The translations under genes and the position numbers were made by a program. A stretch of DNA of 64,000 bases from the NCBI GenBank assembly GCA_033763905.1, contig JANRJP010000102.1:40430-104429 (forward strand), written 5' to 3'. The notes under the pieces were generated by a model. The model saw only the letters and a program-made list of their open reading frames with translations, did not search any database and had not been told where the DNA came from. The DNA comes from Gemmatimonadaceae bacterium (lineage in GTDB: Bacteria > Gemmatimonadota > Gemmatimonadetes > Gemmatimonadales > Gemmatimonadaceae). Positions 26,701 through 37,249 of the stretch are shown piece by piece. How positions within the stretch are numbered: position 1 is the first letter of the stretch; every line of letters begins with the position of its first letter.

Positions 26701-28422
26701 ATGGTCCGGATGCATCGTGGGCGAGTGTTGATCGTAGCAGCGGCGGCGTTGGCGGCGGGGCTGCCGAGCGTCGGCGCTGCGCAGCCGCGTGGCGTGCAGG
26801 CGCGGCGCATTATGGTCACCAACCTCCGCAGCACCGAGAAGACCCTCGGGCAGCAGACGGCCGACGCCATTCGCAGCGGACTCGAAGGCGAGTTCCCGCC
26901 GCGGGTCGTGACGGTCATTTCCAAGACCGACATCAACAACACCCTCGATCAGTCGGGCTACTCGATCACCGAGGCCCTGTCGTCGAGCGATGCGAAGGCG
27001 CTGGCCAACCTGATCCGTGCCGACGAGTACATCGAAGGGCTCGTGGTCAAGACGCAGACCGGGTTCAAGGTCGATGCGCGGCTGGTGCTGGCGCGTGACA
27101 ACAACGTCGTCGAGCCGCTCGCGGTGGTCGAAGGGACGCGCTTGGGCGATATCGCCAACAAGGTCACGCGCGAAGTGCGCGAAGCGCGCCGCCAGGTCGA
27201 TGACGAAGCCGAGTGCTACCTCGAGGCCCGGCAGAGCAAGTACGCCGACGCCATCAAGCGCGCCCAGAGCGGCATCAAGCGCTTCCCGAAGTCGAATATG
27301 CTGCGGCTCTGCCTGCTCACGACGATGCAGTCGATGAAGCAGCCGACGGACTCGCTGCTGCCGGTGATCGAGGAAATCCTCAAGGTCGATTCGCTCAACC
27401 GCGTCGCCCTGACGGCCGCCTCGGCTGCGTACAAGGAGAAGGACGATTCGACGCGCTACATCAAGTCGCTCGTCACGCTCGTTGCTGGCGATCCCACCAA
27501 CCTGACGCTCATCAACCGCGTCGTCACCGAACTCGGCGCGTATCGCCGGGCGTCGGTCGCTGCGCCAATCGTCAAGCAGGCCGTCACCGACAACCCGGGC
27601 GACGTGAACCTGCTGAACACGGCCTGGAAGGTCGCGCTGGCGGCGGGGGACTGGAAGGACGCCATCACGTACGGCGAAGAACTGGTGAAGCTCGACACCG
27701 CCGCGGCGGACACTACCTTCTTCACGCGTCTGGCGGCCGCGTACGTCAGCGACTCGCAGCCGCCGAAGGCGGCCGAGGCGCTGGCCCGCGGTGCCGCGAA
27801 GTTCCCGAGCAACGTGGCGATCTGGACGGCGCTCGGCGCCCAGCAGCGCAAGACGGGCCAGGTCCAGCAGTCGATCGAGAGCCTCCGCCGTGCGCTGGCG
27901 ATCGACCCGAAGGCCGAGAACGCGCACCTGCTGATTGCGCAGGGCTTCGTCGATATGCAGCAGCCGGATTCGGCGCTGGGCGAAGTGCGCGCGGCGCTCG
28001 CGAGCGGCTCGAACAAGACGGTACTGGGCGGCTTTGCACTCTCGCTCGCCAACGGCGCCTACCGCACCGCCAACACGAGCAAGACGCGTGACGACTGGAC
28101 GCGCGCGCTGGCCACGGCGCAGTTCGCCGACAGCGTGAATGCCTCGCCGACGGCGAAGTTCCTCGGCGGGACGGCGGCGTTCAACATCGCGATCAGCGCG
28201 CTGCAGGAAGCCGGTCCGGCGAAGAGCTGCGAGGTCGCCACCTTGTCGCAGCAGCACTTCACCATCGCCGAGCAGCTGATTCCGGCTGGCGGCTCGACGA
28301 GCCCGCAGGCCGCCGGCCAGATGATGGGGTACGTGACGCAGTACAGCCCCAACGCGGCGAAGATGGTGGATGTCTTCTGCAAGGCGTCGGGTGGCAAGCC
28401 GGCGGCGACCAAGAAGCCCTGA
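26701..28422 (+). CDS. Secreted/periplasmic TPR-repeat protein
   Basis: GGAG RBS, signal peptide (RGRVLIVAAAALAAGLPSVGAA-Q), alpha/beta N-domain then TPR-like helices (WTALGAQQRKTGQ..QSIESLRRALAIDP). Confidence 0.8.
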   Translation: MVRMHRGRVLIVAAAALAAGLPSVGAAQPRGVQARRIMVTNLRSTEKTLGQQTADAIRSGLEGEFPPRVVTVISKTDINNTLDQSGYSITEALSSSDAKALANLIRADEYIEGLVVKTQTGFKVDARLVLARDNNVVEPLAVVEGTRLGDIANKVTREVREARRQVDDEAECYLEARQSKYADAIKRAQSGIKRFPKSNMLRLCLLTTMQSMKQPTDSLLPVIEEILKVDSLNRVALTAASAAYKEKDDSTRYIKSLVTLVAGDPTNLTLINRVVTELGAYRRASVAAPIVKQAVTDNPGDVNLLNTAWKVALAAGDWKDAITYGEELVKLDTAAADTTFFTRLAAAYVSDSQPPKAAEALARGAAKFPSNVAIWTALGAQQRKTGQVQQSIESLRRALAIDPKAENAHLLIAQGFVDMQQPDSALGEVRAALASGSNKTVLGGFALSLANGAYRTANTSKTRDDWTRALATAQFADSVNASPTAKFLGGTAAFNIAISALQEAGPAKSCEVATLSQQHFTIAEQLIPAGGSTSPQAAGQMMGYVTQYSPNAAKMVDVFCKASGGKPAATKKP

Positions 28423-28440
28423 ACTCGTCCCCCGCGATGA

Positions 28441-28480
28441 TCGAGGCCCGCCGACCGCTGTCGGCGGGCCTCGACCGTTT
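28441..28480 (+). terminator. Putative intrinsic terminator hairpin
   Basis: Perfect 15-bp inverted repeat TCGAGGCCCGCCGAC-CGCT-GTCGGCGGGCCTCGA followed by CCGTTT, 18 nt after the stop. Confidence 0.75.
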
Positions 28481-28524
28481 GTCCCTGCAACGGCCCGCCT
28501 GTCAGAGCCGCTAGATTGCTGGTA

Positions 28525-29475
28525 ATGCCGATCTCCCCGCCGGGCGCTGACGTGATGCCGGGTGCCGCGCACTACCACGTGCCGGTGCTCGCGGACGCCG
28601 TGCTGGCCGCCTTGGCCGACGCGACCTGCGTGGTGGACGGCACGTTGGGCGGTGGCGGACACACGGCCCTGCTGCTGGCGCGCGGGACGTCGGTGATCGG
28701 GGTCGATCGTGATCCGGAGGCGCGGGCGTCGGCGGCCCGTCGGCTGGCCGACGCGGTGGCGACGGGGCAACTCACCATCGTGGCGTCGACCTTTGCCGAT
28801 GCCGTCGACCAGGTCGGCGACCGGGTGATCGACGGCGTGCTACTCGATCTTGGAGTGTCGTCGCATCAGCTCGACGAGACGTCGCGAGGCTTCAGCTTCC
28901 GTCCCGGCGCGCCACTCGACGCGCGGATGTCTCCCGACGACACGCGGAGCGCCGCCGACCTGCTCAACACCGAGTCGGAAGATGCGCTGCTTCGCATCTT
29001 CGCCGACTACGGTGATGAGCCGCGCGCGCGTCGCTTGGCGCGCGAAGTCGTGCGCCGGCGCGAGACGCGGCCGTTCGCGATCAGTGACGATTTCGTGGGG
29101 GCGATCCGGGCGACGTTGGGGGCTGCGTCCGGCGCCAGTGATTTCGCGCGCCTTTTTCAGGCGCTGCGCATTGCCGTCAATGACGAGATCGCGACGCTCG
29201 AGGCCGCGCTCCCCGCGTGGGCGGACCGCCTGGCGCCCGGCGGCGTGCTGGCGGTGATCAGCTATCACTCGGGAGAAGACCGCGTCGTCAAGCACGCATT
29301 CCGCGCGTGGAGCACGGCGTGTACTTGCCCCCCGCGTCAGCCGATCTGCACCTGCGGCGGCGTGGCACGCGGGCAGGTCATCACGCGACGTGCAATCGTG
29401 GCCGATGCCGCCGAGGCGGCGACGAACCCGCGCGCGCGCAGCGCGCGACTCCGCGTATGGCGAAAGGCACGGTGA
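28525..29475 (+). CDS. rsmH: 16S rRNA m4C1402 methyltransferase RsmH (MraW)
   Basis: HVPVL, VDGTLGGGGH, DLGVSSHQLD, FQALRIAVN, ISYHSGEDR, NPRARSARLR. Confidence 0.95.
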   Translation: MPISPPGADVMPGAAHYHVPVLADAVLAALADATCVVDGTLGGGGHTALLLARGTSVIGVDRDPEARASAARRLADAVATGQLTIVASTFADAVDQVGDRVIDGVLLDLGVSSHQLDETSRGFSFRPGAPLDARMSPDDTRSAADLLNTESEDALLRIFADYGDEPRARRLAREVVRRRETRPFAISDDFVGAIRATLGAASGASDFARLFQALRIAVNDEIATLEAALPAWADRLAPGGVLAVISYHSGEDRVVKHAFRAWSTACTCPPRQPICTCGGVARGQVITRRAIVADAAEAATNPRARSARLRVWRKAR

Positions 29476-29795
29476 ACGCCCGCGGCGGCGGCCGCTCGAC
29501 GCGCTCGGCACCGCGAGGGCGGGGGCTGGTGGCCTTCGTGCTGCTGGCGTTTCTGGTGGTGGCTACCGGCGTGATCGCGCGACGCAGTTATGGCATCGCG
29601 CAGGCGCGCGCGTTGCGCGACCTCGACCGCGAGCGCGTGCAGCTCGAATCGCGTCGGACGCAATTGCAGCGGGACATTCGCGACGCGTCCAGCCGCGTGC
29701 GTCTGCAGAAGACCGCCGAGCAGGCGCTGGGGATGCGGGTCCCGGCCGACAGTCAGGTGATCATTCTGGCGCCGGGGGCGACGCGTGCGCGATGA
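29472..29795 (+). CDS. ftsL: Cell division protein FtsL-like
   Basis: Short bitopic protein (TM, coiled coil, A...LGM) between rsmH and ftsI. Confidence 0.7.
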   Translation: MNARGGGRSTRSAPRGRGLVAFVLLAFLVVATGVIARRSYGIAQARALRDLDRERVQLESRRTQLQRDIRDASSRVRLQKTAEQALGMRVPADSQVIILAPGATRAR

Positions 29796-31752
29796 TCGCT
29801 CGCGGTGGATCACCGGCGCGCTCGCGCTCGCGGCGTTCGCGCTGGTGTGCCGCGCCGCTTGGGTGCAGATCTGGCAGCACGAGTACTGGACCCGCAAGGC
29901 GAATGATCAGCAGACGACCACCGCCAATCTGCCGGCGCCACGGGGCACGATCACCGATGCGACCGGCCTGGTGCTGGCGGAAAGTCGCACGTTGGTGACG
30001 ATCGCGATCGACCCGCGCGCGGTGCGAAACATCGGCGCACTGCGTCGCGGTCTCGAGACCGCCCGGGTCGCACCGAATTGGATTCGCCGGGCGACCGACA
30101 CCACGAGAAAGTGGGTCGAGATTCCCCAGCGCTTCCTCCCCAACGACATCGCCACCGTGCAGGCGATGCGCGGCGTGCGCACGACACCGGTGGCGGAACG
30201 CGTGTATCTCCCGAGCGAGTCGGTCCGTCGACTCGTCGGCCGAGCGACGCCGGAGCGCGGGTTGGACGGCGTCGAGTTTGCGCTGGATTCGCTGCTGACC
30301 GGGGAGCGGGGCACCGCCGCGCTGGTCCGGGATGCGAGAGGGCGCACCCTCGTGTCACCGGACGGCGACGGGGACGCCGCGCGGCCGGGGCACACGGTCA
30401 CGCTGACCGTCAACCACGCGCTGCAGGACATCGCCGAGCGGGCGCTGGCCGATGCGCAGTCGCGAACGGGGGCCAACGGCGGCGATATCGTCGTGCTCGA
30501 TCCCCGTGACGGGGCCGTGCTGGCGATGGCGAGCCGACGGCCGGATCCCAAGTCGCTCGCGGCGACGGCGGTCACCGAGTCGTTCGAGCCCGGCAGCACG
30601 CTCAAGCCCTTCTTCGCCGGACGGCTGCTGGACCTGCGCCGCGCGAGGTCGGACGAAGTGGTGAACACGTACAACGGCCAGATGAAGCTCGGGACGCGGA
30701 CGATCACCGACGTGCACAAGGCGCCGCGGATGTCGCTCCGCGAAGTGATCGCGCAGTCAAGCAACATCGGCATCGTGCAGTTCGCGGCTCGTCTCACCGC
30801 GCGGGAGGAGTACGAGTTGCTGCGCGACCTCGGCTTCGGCACGCCGACCGGCGTGCCGTATCCGCTCGAGGCATCCGGGCGCCTGCGTCCGCCGAGCCAA
30901 TGGTCGGCGACCTCGGCGGCTTCGCTCGCGATGGGCTATGAAGTGTCGGTGTCGCCGTTGCAGTTGGCGGTGGCCTACGCGGCGATCGCCAACGGCGGCG
31001 AGTTGCTGCAGCCGTCGTTGATTCGGCGCATTACGGCGCCCGATGGGCGCGTGGTCTGGACGCACGCGCGCCGTGCCCTGCGTCGCGTGCTGTCGCCCGA
31101 GGCGGCTGCGGATGTGCGCCGAATGCTCGTGGAAGTCGTCGAGGAGGGCACCGCCGGTGGCGCCGACCTCGCGCAGTTCGAGGTGGGTGGCAAGTCGGGG
31201 ACCGCGCGCCGCACCGGCAAGGGCGGGCGCTACGCGGCGGGTTCCTACACGGCGAGTTTCGTCGGACTGTTCCCCGCCGACGATCCGCAGCTGGTCGTAC
31301 TGGTGAAGCTCGACAACCCGCAGGGGGCGTACTACGGCGGCAAGACTGCGGCGCCGGTCTTCAAGGCCGTGCTCGAAGGGGCCCTCGCATCGCGCGATGC
31401 CTCGATCGATCGGCAGCGCGTGGCGGCGCAGGTGCGCGCCCCCGCCGAGAGCGCGACCGCCGATTCGGTGCGCGAGGTCGCGGCGGCGGCGGAGTCGCGT
31501 GACGCTCGCGGGGATGCCGTCGGCGACGTCCCCGCCGTCATCGACTTGACGCAGCCGCGCGGACGCGCGCCGGCGCTACCGGCGCGGGCGGTGCCCTCGG
31601 TGGACGGCCTGCCCACGCGTCGCGCGGTGTTCACGCTGCACGAGGCCGGCTTCCGCGTGCAGCTCACCGAGGGGGCTGGCGTGGATCCCGCTCCCGGCAC
31701 TGTGCTCAAGCCCGGCAGCATCGTCCGCTTGGGCCGCAACCAGCCCCGATGA
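29785..31752 (+). CDS. ftsI: Class B penicillin-binding protein FtsI/PBP3 with C-terminal PASTA-like domain
   Basis: RGTITD, FEPGSTLKP (SxxK), SSNIG (SxN), GKSGTA (KS/TG). Confidence 0.93.
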   Translation: MRDDRSRWITGALALAAFALVCRAAWVQIWQHEYWTRKANDQQTTTANLPAPRGTITDATGLVLAESRTLVTIAIDPRAVRNIGALRRGLETARVAPNWIRRATDTTRKWVEIPQRFLPNDIATVQAMRGVRTTPVAERVYLPSESVRRLVGRATPERGLDGVEFALDSLLTGERGTAALVRDARGRTLVSPDGDGDAARPGHTVTLTVNHALQDIAERALADAQSRTGANGGDIVVLDPRDGAVLAMASRRPDPKSLAATAVTESFEPGSTLKPFFAGRLLDLRRARSDEVVNTYNGQMKLGTRTITDVHKAPRMSLREVIAQSSNIGIVQFAARLTAREEYELLRDLGFGTPTGVPYPLEASGRLRPPSQWSATSAASLAMGYEVSVSPLQLAVAYAAIANGGELLQPSLIRRITAPDGRVVWTHARRALRRVLSPEAAADVRRMLVEVVEEGTAGGADLAQFEVGGKSGTARRTGKGGRYAAGSYTASFVGLFPADDPQLVVLVKLDNPQGAYYGGKTAAPVFKAVLEGALASRDASIDRQRVAAQVRAPAESATADSVREVAAAAESRDARGDAVGDVPAVIDLTQPRGRAPALPARAVPSVDGLPTRRAVFTLHEAGFRVQLTEGAGVDPAPGTVLKPGSIVRLGRNQPR

Positions 31753-33230
31753 CTTCACATCCTGCGGTAGTCCCGACGGCGCGACTGGTGGAAGCGCTTG
31801 ATCGCGCCGGATTGCTCGTCGAGGTCATCGGCGAGCTCCCGGCCACGCTGTCAGCCCTCACGGATGACTCGCGCCACGTGCAGCCCGGCGGCCTGTTTCT
31901 GGCGGTGAAGGGGGCAGTCGCCGATGGCCACGCCTTCGTGCCCAAGGCGCGCGCCGCAGGGGCGGCACTCGTGATGCTCGAAGATCGCGCGGCCGTGGAT
32001 GGTGCGGCGCTGCTGGTGCGCGACGGACGGCGCGCCGCCGCCCGTGTGGCGGCGGCGTGGTACCACGAGCCGGCACGCGCGCTGCGCCTCGTCGCGGCCA
32101 CCGGCACCAATGGGAAGACGACCACGGTGGGGATGCTCCGGCATTGCCTGGAGCAGCCCGACGCCCCGACGGCGAGCATCGGGACCTTGGGTGTGCTCGC
32201 CGGATCCGCTGGCACGGTGGTGCCCGGCGGGAGCGGGCTCACGACGCCGGGGCCCGTCGAGTTGCAGCGGGTGCTGCGCTTGTTGGTGGATCGCGGTGTG
32301 CGCACCGTCGCGATGGAGACCAGCTCGCACGCCTTGCATCAGCGGCGGATCGAAGGCGTCGCCTTTGCTGCGGCGGTCTTCACGAATCTCACGCGGGACC
32401 ATCTCGACTATCACGGCACGATGGAGGCGTACTTCGCAGCCAAAGCGTCACTGGTGTCGTGGCTGGCCCCCGATGGCGTGGCGGTCGTGAATGCCGATGA
32501 TCCCGCGTGGCGCGAGCTGCCCGCAGCGCCGCGGCAGATCACGTTCGGTCTTGAGCAGCACGCGGACGTGCAGGCGCGTGACGTGCAGTACTCGCCCGAA
32601 GGGACGGGGTTCACCCTCGCCGCGTTTGGCGCCACGGCGCCGGTACAGTTGCCGCTGATCGGCGACTTCAACGTGAGCAATGCCCTCGCCGCCGCGGCGA
32701 CCGGTCTCGCGGTGGGGGCGTCGCTCGAGGCGATGGCGGCGGCTCTGACGTCGTTGCCGCAGGTCCCGGGACGCCTCGAGCGGCTCTCGCGCTCGCCGTC
32801 CGTGCTGCGCGACTACGCCCACACGCCGGACGCCCTCGAACGGGCGCTGCACGCGGTGCGACCGTTCGTCGCTGGCCGACTCGTCGTGGTGTTCGGCTGC
32901 GGTGGGGATCGAGATCGCGGCAAGCGCCCGGTGATGGGCGCGATCGCCGAACGCTTGGCGGATCGCGCATACGTGACCAGCGACAACCCGCGCACCGAAG
33001 ACCCCGAGCGGATTCTCGATGACATCGAAGCGGGAATGACGCGACGGGATCACGTGCGCATCGAAGACCGACGCGCGGCCATCGCCGCCGCCATTGCCGA
33101 CGCCGCGCCGGGCGACGTCATTCTGCTTGCCGGCAAGGGCCACGAGACCTATCAAATTCGCGGCACGGAATCGCTGCCCTTCGACGAGGCCGCGATTGTC
33201 GCCGAACTGACTCGCCCCCATCTCCCGTGA
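31749..33230 (+). CDS. murE: UDP-MurNAc-tripeptide synthetase MurE
   Basis: TGTNGKTT, METSSHAL, NLTRDHLDYH, DYAHTPD, SDNPR (meso-DAP type), AGKGHE. Confidence 0.96.
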   Translation: MTSHPAVVPTARLVEALDRAGLLVEVIGELPATLSALTDDSRHVQPGGLFLAVKGAVADGHAFVPKARAAGAALVMLEDRAAVDGAALLVRDGRRAAARVAAAWYHEPARALRLVAATGTNGKTTTVGMLRHCLEQPDAPTASIGTLGVLAGSAGTVVPGGSGLTTPGPVELQRVLRLLVDRGVRTVAMETSSHALHQRRIEGVAFAAAVFTNLTRDHLDYHGTMEAYFAAKASLVSWLAPDGVAVVNADDPAWRELPAAPRQITFGLEQHADVQARDVQYSPEGTGFTLAAFGATAPVQLPLIGDFNVSNALAAAATGLAVGASLEAMAAALTSLPQVPGRLERLSRSPSVLRDYAHTPDALERALHAVRPFVAGRLVVVFGCGGDRDRGKRPVMGAIAERLADRAYVTSDNPRTEDPERILDDIEAGMTRRDHVRIEDRRAAIAAAIADAAPGDVILLAGKGHETYQIRGTESLPFDEAAIVAELTRPHLP

Positions 33231-34615
33231 GCGTTGCACTGCCGACACCCGCTCGAAGCGACTTCTGGACGCTCGACCACCTCGCGCACGCCCTCGCCGG
33301 CGTCCTGACGGCCCCCGCGCCCGCGGGCGATCGTCCGCTGGCCGGCATCACGACCGACACGCGGCAACTGACGACGGGCGCGGTGTTCGTCGCTCTGGCG
33401 GGGGAGCGCTTCGACGCGCACGATTTTCTGCCGGCCGCCGTGGCCGCTGGCGCGGCGGCGCTGGTGGTGAAGGATGCCGCGCGCGCCGCGGGGCTCGGCC
33501 TGCCGGTCTTTGCCGTGCGCGATTCGCTGGAGGCCTTGGGCGCCCTCGGCGCCTACCGCCGCCGCGCGTGGGGGAAGCCGGTCGTGGCGGTCGCAGGATC
33601 GAACGGCAAGACCACCACGAAGGAGCTGCTCCGCGCCGCGCTGGGATCGGTGTACGCGGTGCACGCCACCGAGGGCAACTTCAACAATCTTGTCGGCGTG
33701 CCGCTGACGTTGCTGGCGATTCCCGATCACGCGGATGTCGCGGTGATCGAACTCGGCACGAACACGCCGGGGGAGATCGCCACGCTGCGATCCATCGTCC
33801 GTCCCGACGTCGTGGTCATCACGAGCATCGGCGAGGAACATCTGGAGGGCTTCGGTGATCTGGCCGGCGTCTTGGCCGAGGAAGCCAGCGCGGCCGATGG
33901 CGCGGCCCTCTGTGTGACGCCTGCAGCACAGCGCGAGATCGCCGCCGCGGTGCAGGGAAAGGCCGCACGGGTGATCGTCACCGGACTGGGCGCCGGTGAT
34001 CCCGCGGCGACCGCCTGGGGCCTCAAGGATTCCGGCTTCGGGTGGATGACCTTCGCCGGTGTGCCGGTCACCTTGCCGCTGCCGGGGGAGCACAATCTCG
34101 CGAACGCCGCACTGGCCTTGGCCACCGCCGATGCGCTCGGTGTCGAGCTGGCGACCGCGGCGGAGGGGCTTAAGCGCGTCAAATTGCCACCAATGCGTAG
34201 CGCACTCGTTCCGCTGGGCGAGGCGCTGCTGCTCAACGACTGCTACAACGCCAATCCGCCCTCGATGCGGGCGGCGCTGGCGGTCTTGGACGCCCTCCCC
34301 GCGAGTCGGCAGAAGGTCGCGGTACTCGGCGGGATGCGGGAGCTGGGCGCCAACGCTGATGCCCTGCACGATGACGTCGCCCGCGCGGCCCTCGCGTCGC
34401 AGGCGACGGTGATTGCCGGGGTGGAGGCGATGGCCGCCGCGCTGCGGCGGGTGGGGGCGGACGACCCTCGCGTGGTGACCGCCGACGATGTCGAGCCGCT
34501 GTGGCCGCTCCTGGCGCCACGGCTCGAGCGCGGGGCGGCGGTACTGCTCAAGGCGTCGCGGGGCGTCCGGCTGGAGCGCCTGTTGCCGCATCTGGAGGCG
34601 TGGGCAACCGGTTAG
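33227..34615 (+). CDS. murF: UDP-MurNAc-pentapeptide synthetase MurF
   Basis: GSNGKTTTKE, NFNN.VGVPLT, NDCYNANP, LGGMRELG, LLKASRG. Confidence 0.95.
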   Translation: MSVALPTPARSDFWTLDHLAHALAGVLTAPAPAGDRPLAGITTDTRQLTTGAVFVALAGERFDAHDFLPAAVAAGAAALVVKDAARAAGLGLPVFAVRDSLEALGALGAYRRRAWGKPVVAVAGSNGKTTTKELLRAALGSVYAVHATEGNFNNLVGVPLTLLAIPDHADVAVIELGTNTPGEIATLRSIVRPDVVVITSIGEEHLEGFGDLAGVLAEEASAADGAALCVTPAAQREIAAAVQGKAARVIVTGLGAGDPAATAWGLKDSGFGWMTFAGVPVTLPLPGEHNLANAALALATADALGVELATAAEGLKRVKLPPMRSALVPLGEALLLNDCYNANPPSMRAALAVLDALPASRQKVAVLGGMRELGANADALHDDVARAALASQATVIAGVEAMAAALRRVGADDPRVVTADDVEPLWPLLAPRLERGAAVLLKASRGVRLERLLPHLEAWATG

Positions 34616-34652
34616 CTTTCGCGCGATCGTCGGAACCCCTTCGCGCCGACCC

Positions 34653-35795
34653 GTGCTCAACTGGCTGCTGCTCCCGTTTCAACCGGAGTTCCCCGCACTC
34701 CGGCTCTTTCAGTACATCAGCTTCCGCGCGGCCGGTGCTGCGGTCACGGCACTGCTGTTGTCCTTCATCGCCGGTCCGCTGATTCTCCGGCGCCTGCGCG
34801 CGATGGCCGTGCATCAGGTCGTGCGCGCCGGCACACCGGACTCGCACAAGGCCAAGGGGACCACCCCCACGATGGGCGGGCTGATCATTCTCGTGTCGTG
34901 CATCATTCCCACGATCCTGTGGATGAAGCCCGAGAATCGGTATGTGTGGTATGCGCTGCTCGTGACGGTCTGGATGGGCGCGATCGGCTTCCTCGATGAC
35001 TGGCTCAAGCTCGAGCAGAAGCGGAAGGGTGAAAAGAACGTGGGGCTGGTCGAGCGCTACAAGCTCATCGGCCAGGTGGGCATCGGGCTGGTGTTGGGAC
35101 TGCTGCTCTGGAAGTTCCCCCTGAGTTCGCTCCCGGGGGCCAGCACCACGCTGCCGTTCTACAAGTACGTGCTGCTCGTGCCCGCGCTGCCGTGGATGTC
35201 GTTCCTGTACATCCCGTGGGTGACCGTGGTGCTCACCGGCACGAGCAACGCCGTGAACCTGACCGACGGTCTCGACGGACTGGCGGCCGGACTCATTGCG
35301 ATCTCGATCGTGACTTTCGCGGTGTTCGCCTATGTGATGGGGCGCGTCGATACCAGCGCGTACCTCGGCGTGTACTTCCTGCGCGGGGCTGGCGAACTGA
35401 CCGTCTTCTGCAGCGCCGTCTTCGGCGCGGTGGTCGGTTTCCTGTGGTTCAACGCGCACCCGGCGCAGGTGTTCATGGGCGACACGGGATCGCTGGCGCT
35501 GGGCGGCGCGCTCGGCACGGTGGCGATTCTGCTCAAGAGCGAGTTCCTGCTCCTGATCGTCGGCGCGGTCTTCGTGGCGGAAACGCTGTCGGTCATCATT
35601 CAGCGGACCGCGTTCAAGTACCGCAAGCAGCGCTACGGTCTCGAGTACGCGCAGCAGCACCGCATCTTCAAGCGTGCGCCAATCCACCACCACTTCGAGC
35701 TGTCGGGGTGGGCCGAGACCCAGGTGGTGGTGCGCTTCTGGATTCTCGGGATCCTCTGCGCGTTTCTGGCCCTCAGCACCCTGAAGCTGCGGTGA
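34653..35795 (+). CDS. mraY: Phospho-MurNAc-pentapeptide transferase MraY
   Basis: TPTMGG, GFLDDW, SNAVNLTDGLDGL, FMGDTGS, APIHHHFE. Confidence 0.96.
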   Translation: MLNWLLLPFQPEFPALRLFQYISFRAAGAAVTALLLSFIAGPLILRRLRAMAVHQVVRAGTPDSHKAKGTTPTMGGLIILVSCIIPTILWMKPENRYVWYALLVTVWMGAIGFLDDWLKLEQKRKGEKNVGLVERYKLIGQVGIGLVLGLLLWKFPLSSLPGASTTLPFYKYVLLVPALPWMSFLYIPWVTVVLTGTSNAVNLTDGLDGLAAGLIAISIVTFAVFAYVMGRVDTSAYLGVYFLRGAGELTVFCSAVFGAVVGFLWFNAHPAQVFMGDTGSLALGGALGTVAILLKSEFLLLIVGAVFVAETLSVIIQRTAFKYRKQRYGLEYAQQHRIFKRAPIHHHFELSGWAETQVVVRFWILGILCAFLALSTLKLR

Positions 35796-37249
35796 GCGAC
35801 GCCCTCGGCGGTTCGACGCGTCCGCCGCTGCCCTTGCCGACGTCGCGGAGCGGGGAAGTGGCGGTGATCGGCCTCGGTGCGAGCGGGCAGGCGGTCACGC
35901 GGCTGCTGCGGTTGCACGGGCACGCCGTCTACGCCAGCGATGCCAGCAGCGGCGACAAGGCCGCCGCGGCCGCGGCATCGCTCGCGGCGCTCGGCGCGGC
36001 AACCGATGCGGGTACGCACGATCTCGCGCGCATTGCGCGCGCGGCGCTCGTGGTGGCGAGTCCCGGGGTGCCCCCCACGGCGCCGCCGCTGCAAGCGGCC
36101 GCGAACGCCGGAGTGCCGGTGGTGGGCGAACTCGATATCGCCCTCCGCGCGATGCCGCGGCTCAAGTACATCGCCGTCACCGGCACCAACGGCAAGACGA
36201 CCACGACGGCGATCATCGGGCATCTGCTCCGAGCACTCGGGCACGAGGCACCGGACGCCGGCAACATCGGAACGCCGCTGGCCACGTACGCGGCGGCCGA
36301 TGCGCCTCCGCCCTGGGCCGCGCTCGAGACGTCGAGCTTTCAGTTGCACGACACACCGGGCATCAATCCCACGGTGGGCGTCGTCACCAACCTGAGTCCC
36401 GACCACCTCGATCGGTACCCGGACATCGGCACCTACTACGCCGACAAGGCGCGGATGTTTGCCAATGCGCACGATCGCTCGCTCTGGGTGCTGAACGCCG
36501 ACGATGCGGAGGTCCTCCGGCTGCACGAACGTCTGGGGAGTGGCGCGCCACTCGCGGGTCGAGTGTTGCTGTTCTCGTTGCACGAGCACCGCGGAGCCGA
36601 TGCCTTCATTCGCGCCGACGGGATCCTCGAGGTCTTCGGCGCCCCACTGATGCCACGCGCGGCGTTCCCGCTGGTCGGTGACCACAACGTGGCGAATGTC
36701 CTCGCCGCCGCGCTGTCGGTGATGGCGGCCGACCCCGCGCATCGGACGCCCAAGGGGCGCAAGACGATTGCCGCGGCGCTGGAATCGTTCCGTGCGCTGC
36801 CGCACCGGTTGGAGCCAGTCGGCGAGTACGGTGGAGTTCGCTGGATCAATGACTCGAAGGCCACCAACGTGGCCTCGACGCAAGTCGCGCTCGACGGGAT
36901 GCAGCAGCCGACGGTGGTGTTGCTTGGCGGCCGTCACAAAGGTGACCCGTACACACCACTGATCCCCGCGCTCAAGCGCTGCGCGCGGCTTGTGATCGGG
37001 TACGGAGAAGCTGCGCCGATCATCGAGGCCGACCTCGCGCAGGCGGTACCTTTCGTCCGCGGTGGATCGTCGTTCGTCGAGGTTGTGGCGCAGGCACGCG
37101 CGGCGGCACAGCCCGGTGATGTGGTGCTCCTTTCCCCGGCCTGCTCGAGCTACGATATGTTCGCGAACTACGAAGCGCGGGGGGCGATGTTCCGCCAGCT
37201 CGCGGGCGATGCCTCCACCGACCGGCACGACCGCCCCTCGGCGCCGTGA
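35792..37249 (+). CDS. murD: UDP-MurNAc-L-Ala--D-Glu ligase MurD
   Basis: GLGASG, SPGVP, TGTNGKTTT, ETSSFQL, NDSKATN, LLSPACSSYD. Confidence 0.96.
   Translation: MSDALGGSTRPPLPLPTSRSGEVAVIGLGASGQAVTRLLRLHGHAVYASDASSGDKAAAAAASLAALGAATDAGTHDLARIARAALVVASPGVPPTAPPLQAAANAGVPVVGELDIALRAMPRLKYIAVTGTNGKTTTTAIIGHLLRALGHEAPDAGNIGTPLATYAAADAPPPWAALETSSFQLHDTPGINPTVGVVTNLSPDHLDRYPDIGTYYADKARMFANAHDRSLWVLNADDAEVLRLHERLGSGAPLAGRVLLFSLHEHRGADAFIRADGILEVFGAPLMPRAAFPLVGDHNVANVLAAALSVMAADPAHRTPKGRKTIAAALESFRALPHRLEPVGEYGGVRWINDSKATNVASTQVALDGMQQPTVVLLGGRHKGDPYTPLIPALKRCARLVIGYGEAAPIIEADLAQAVPFVRGGSSFVEVVAQARAAAQPGDVVLLSPACSSYDMFANYEARGAMFRQLAGDASTDRHDRPSAP

Noticed and set aside
34918..34926. Isolated near-match DnaA boxes (TGTGGATGA in mraY, similar singles elsewhere)
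   Set aside because: Single mismatched copies using ordinary codons are expected by chance; not counted as part of the cluster
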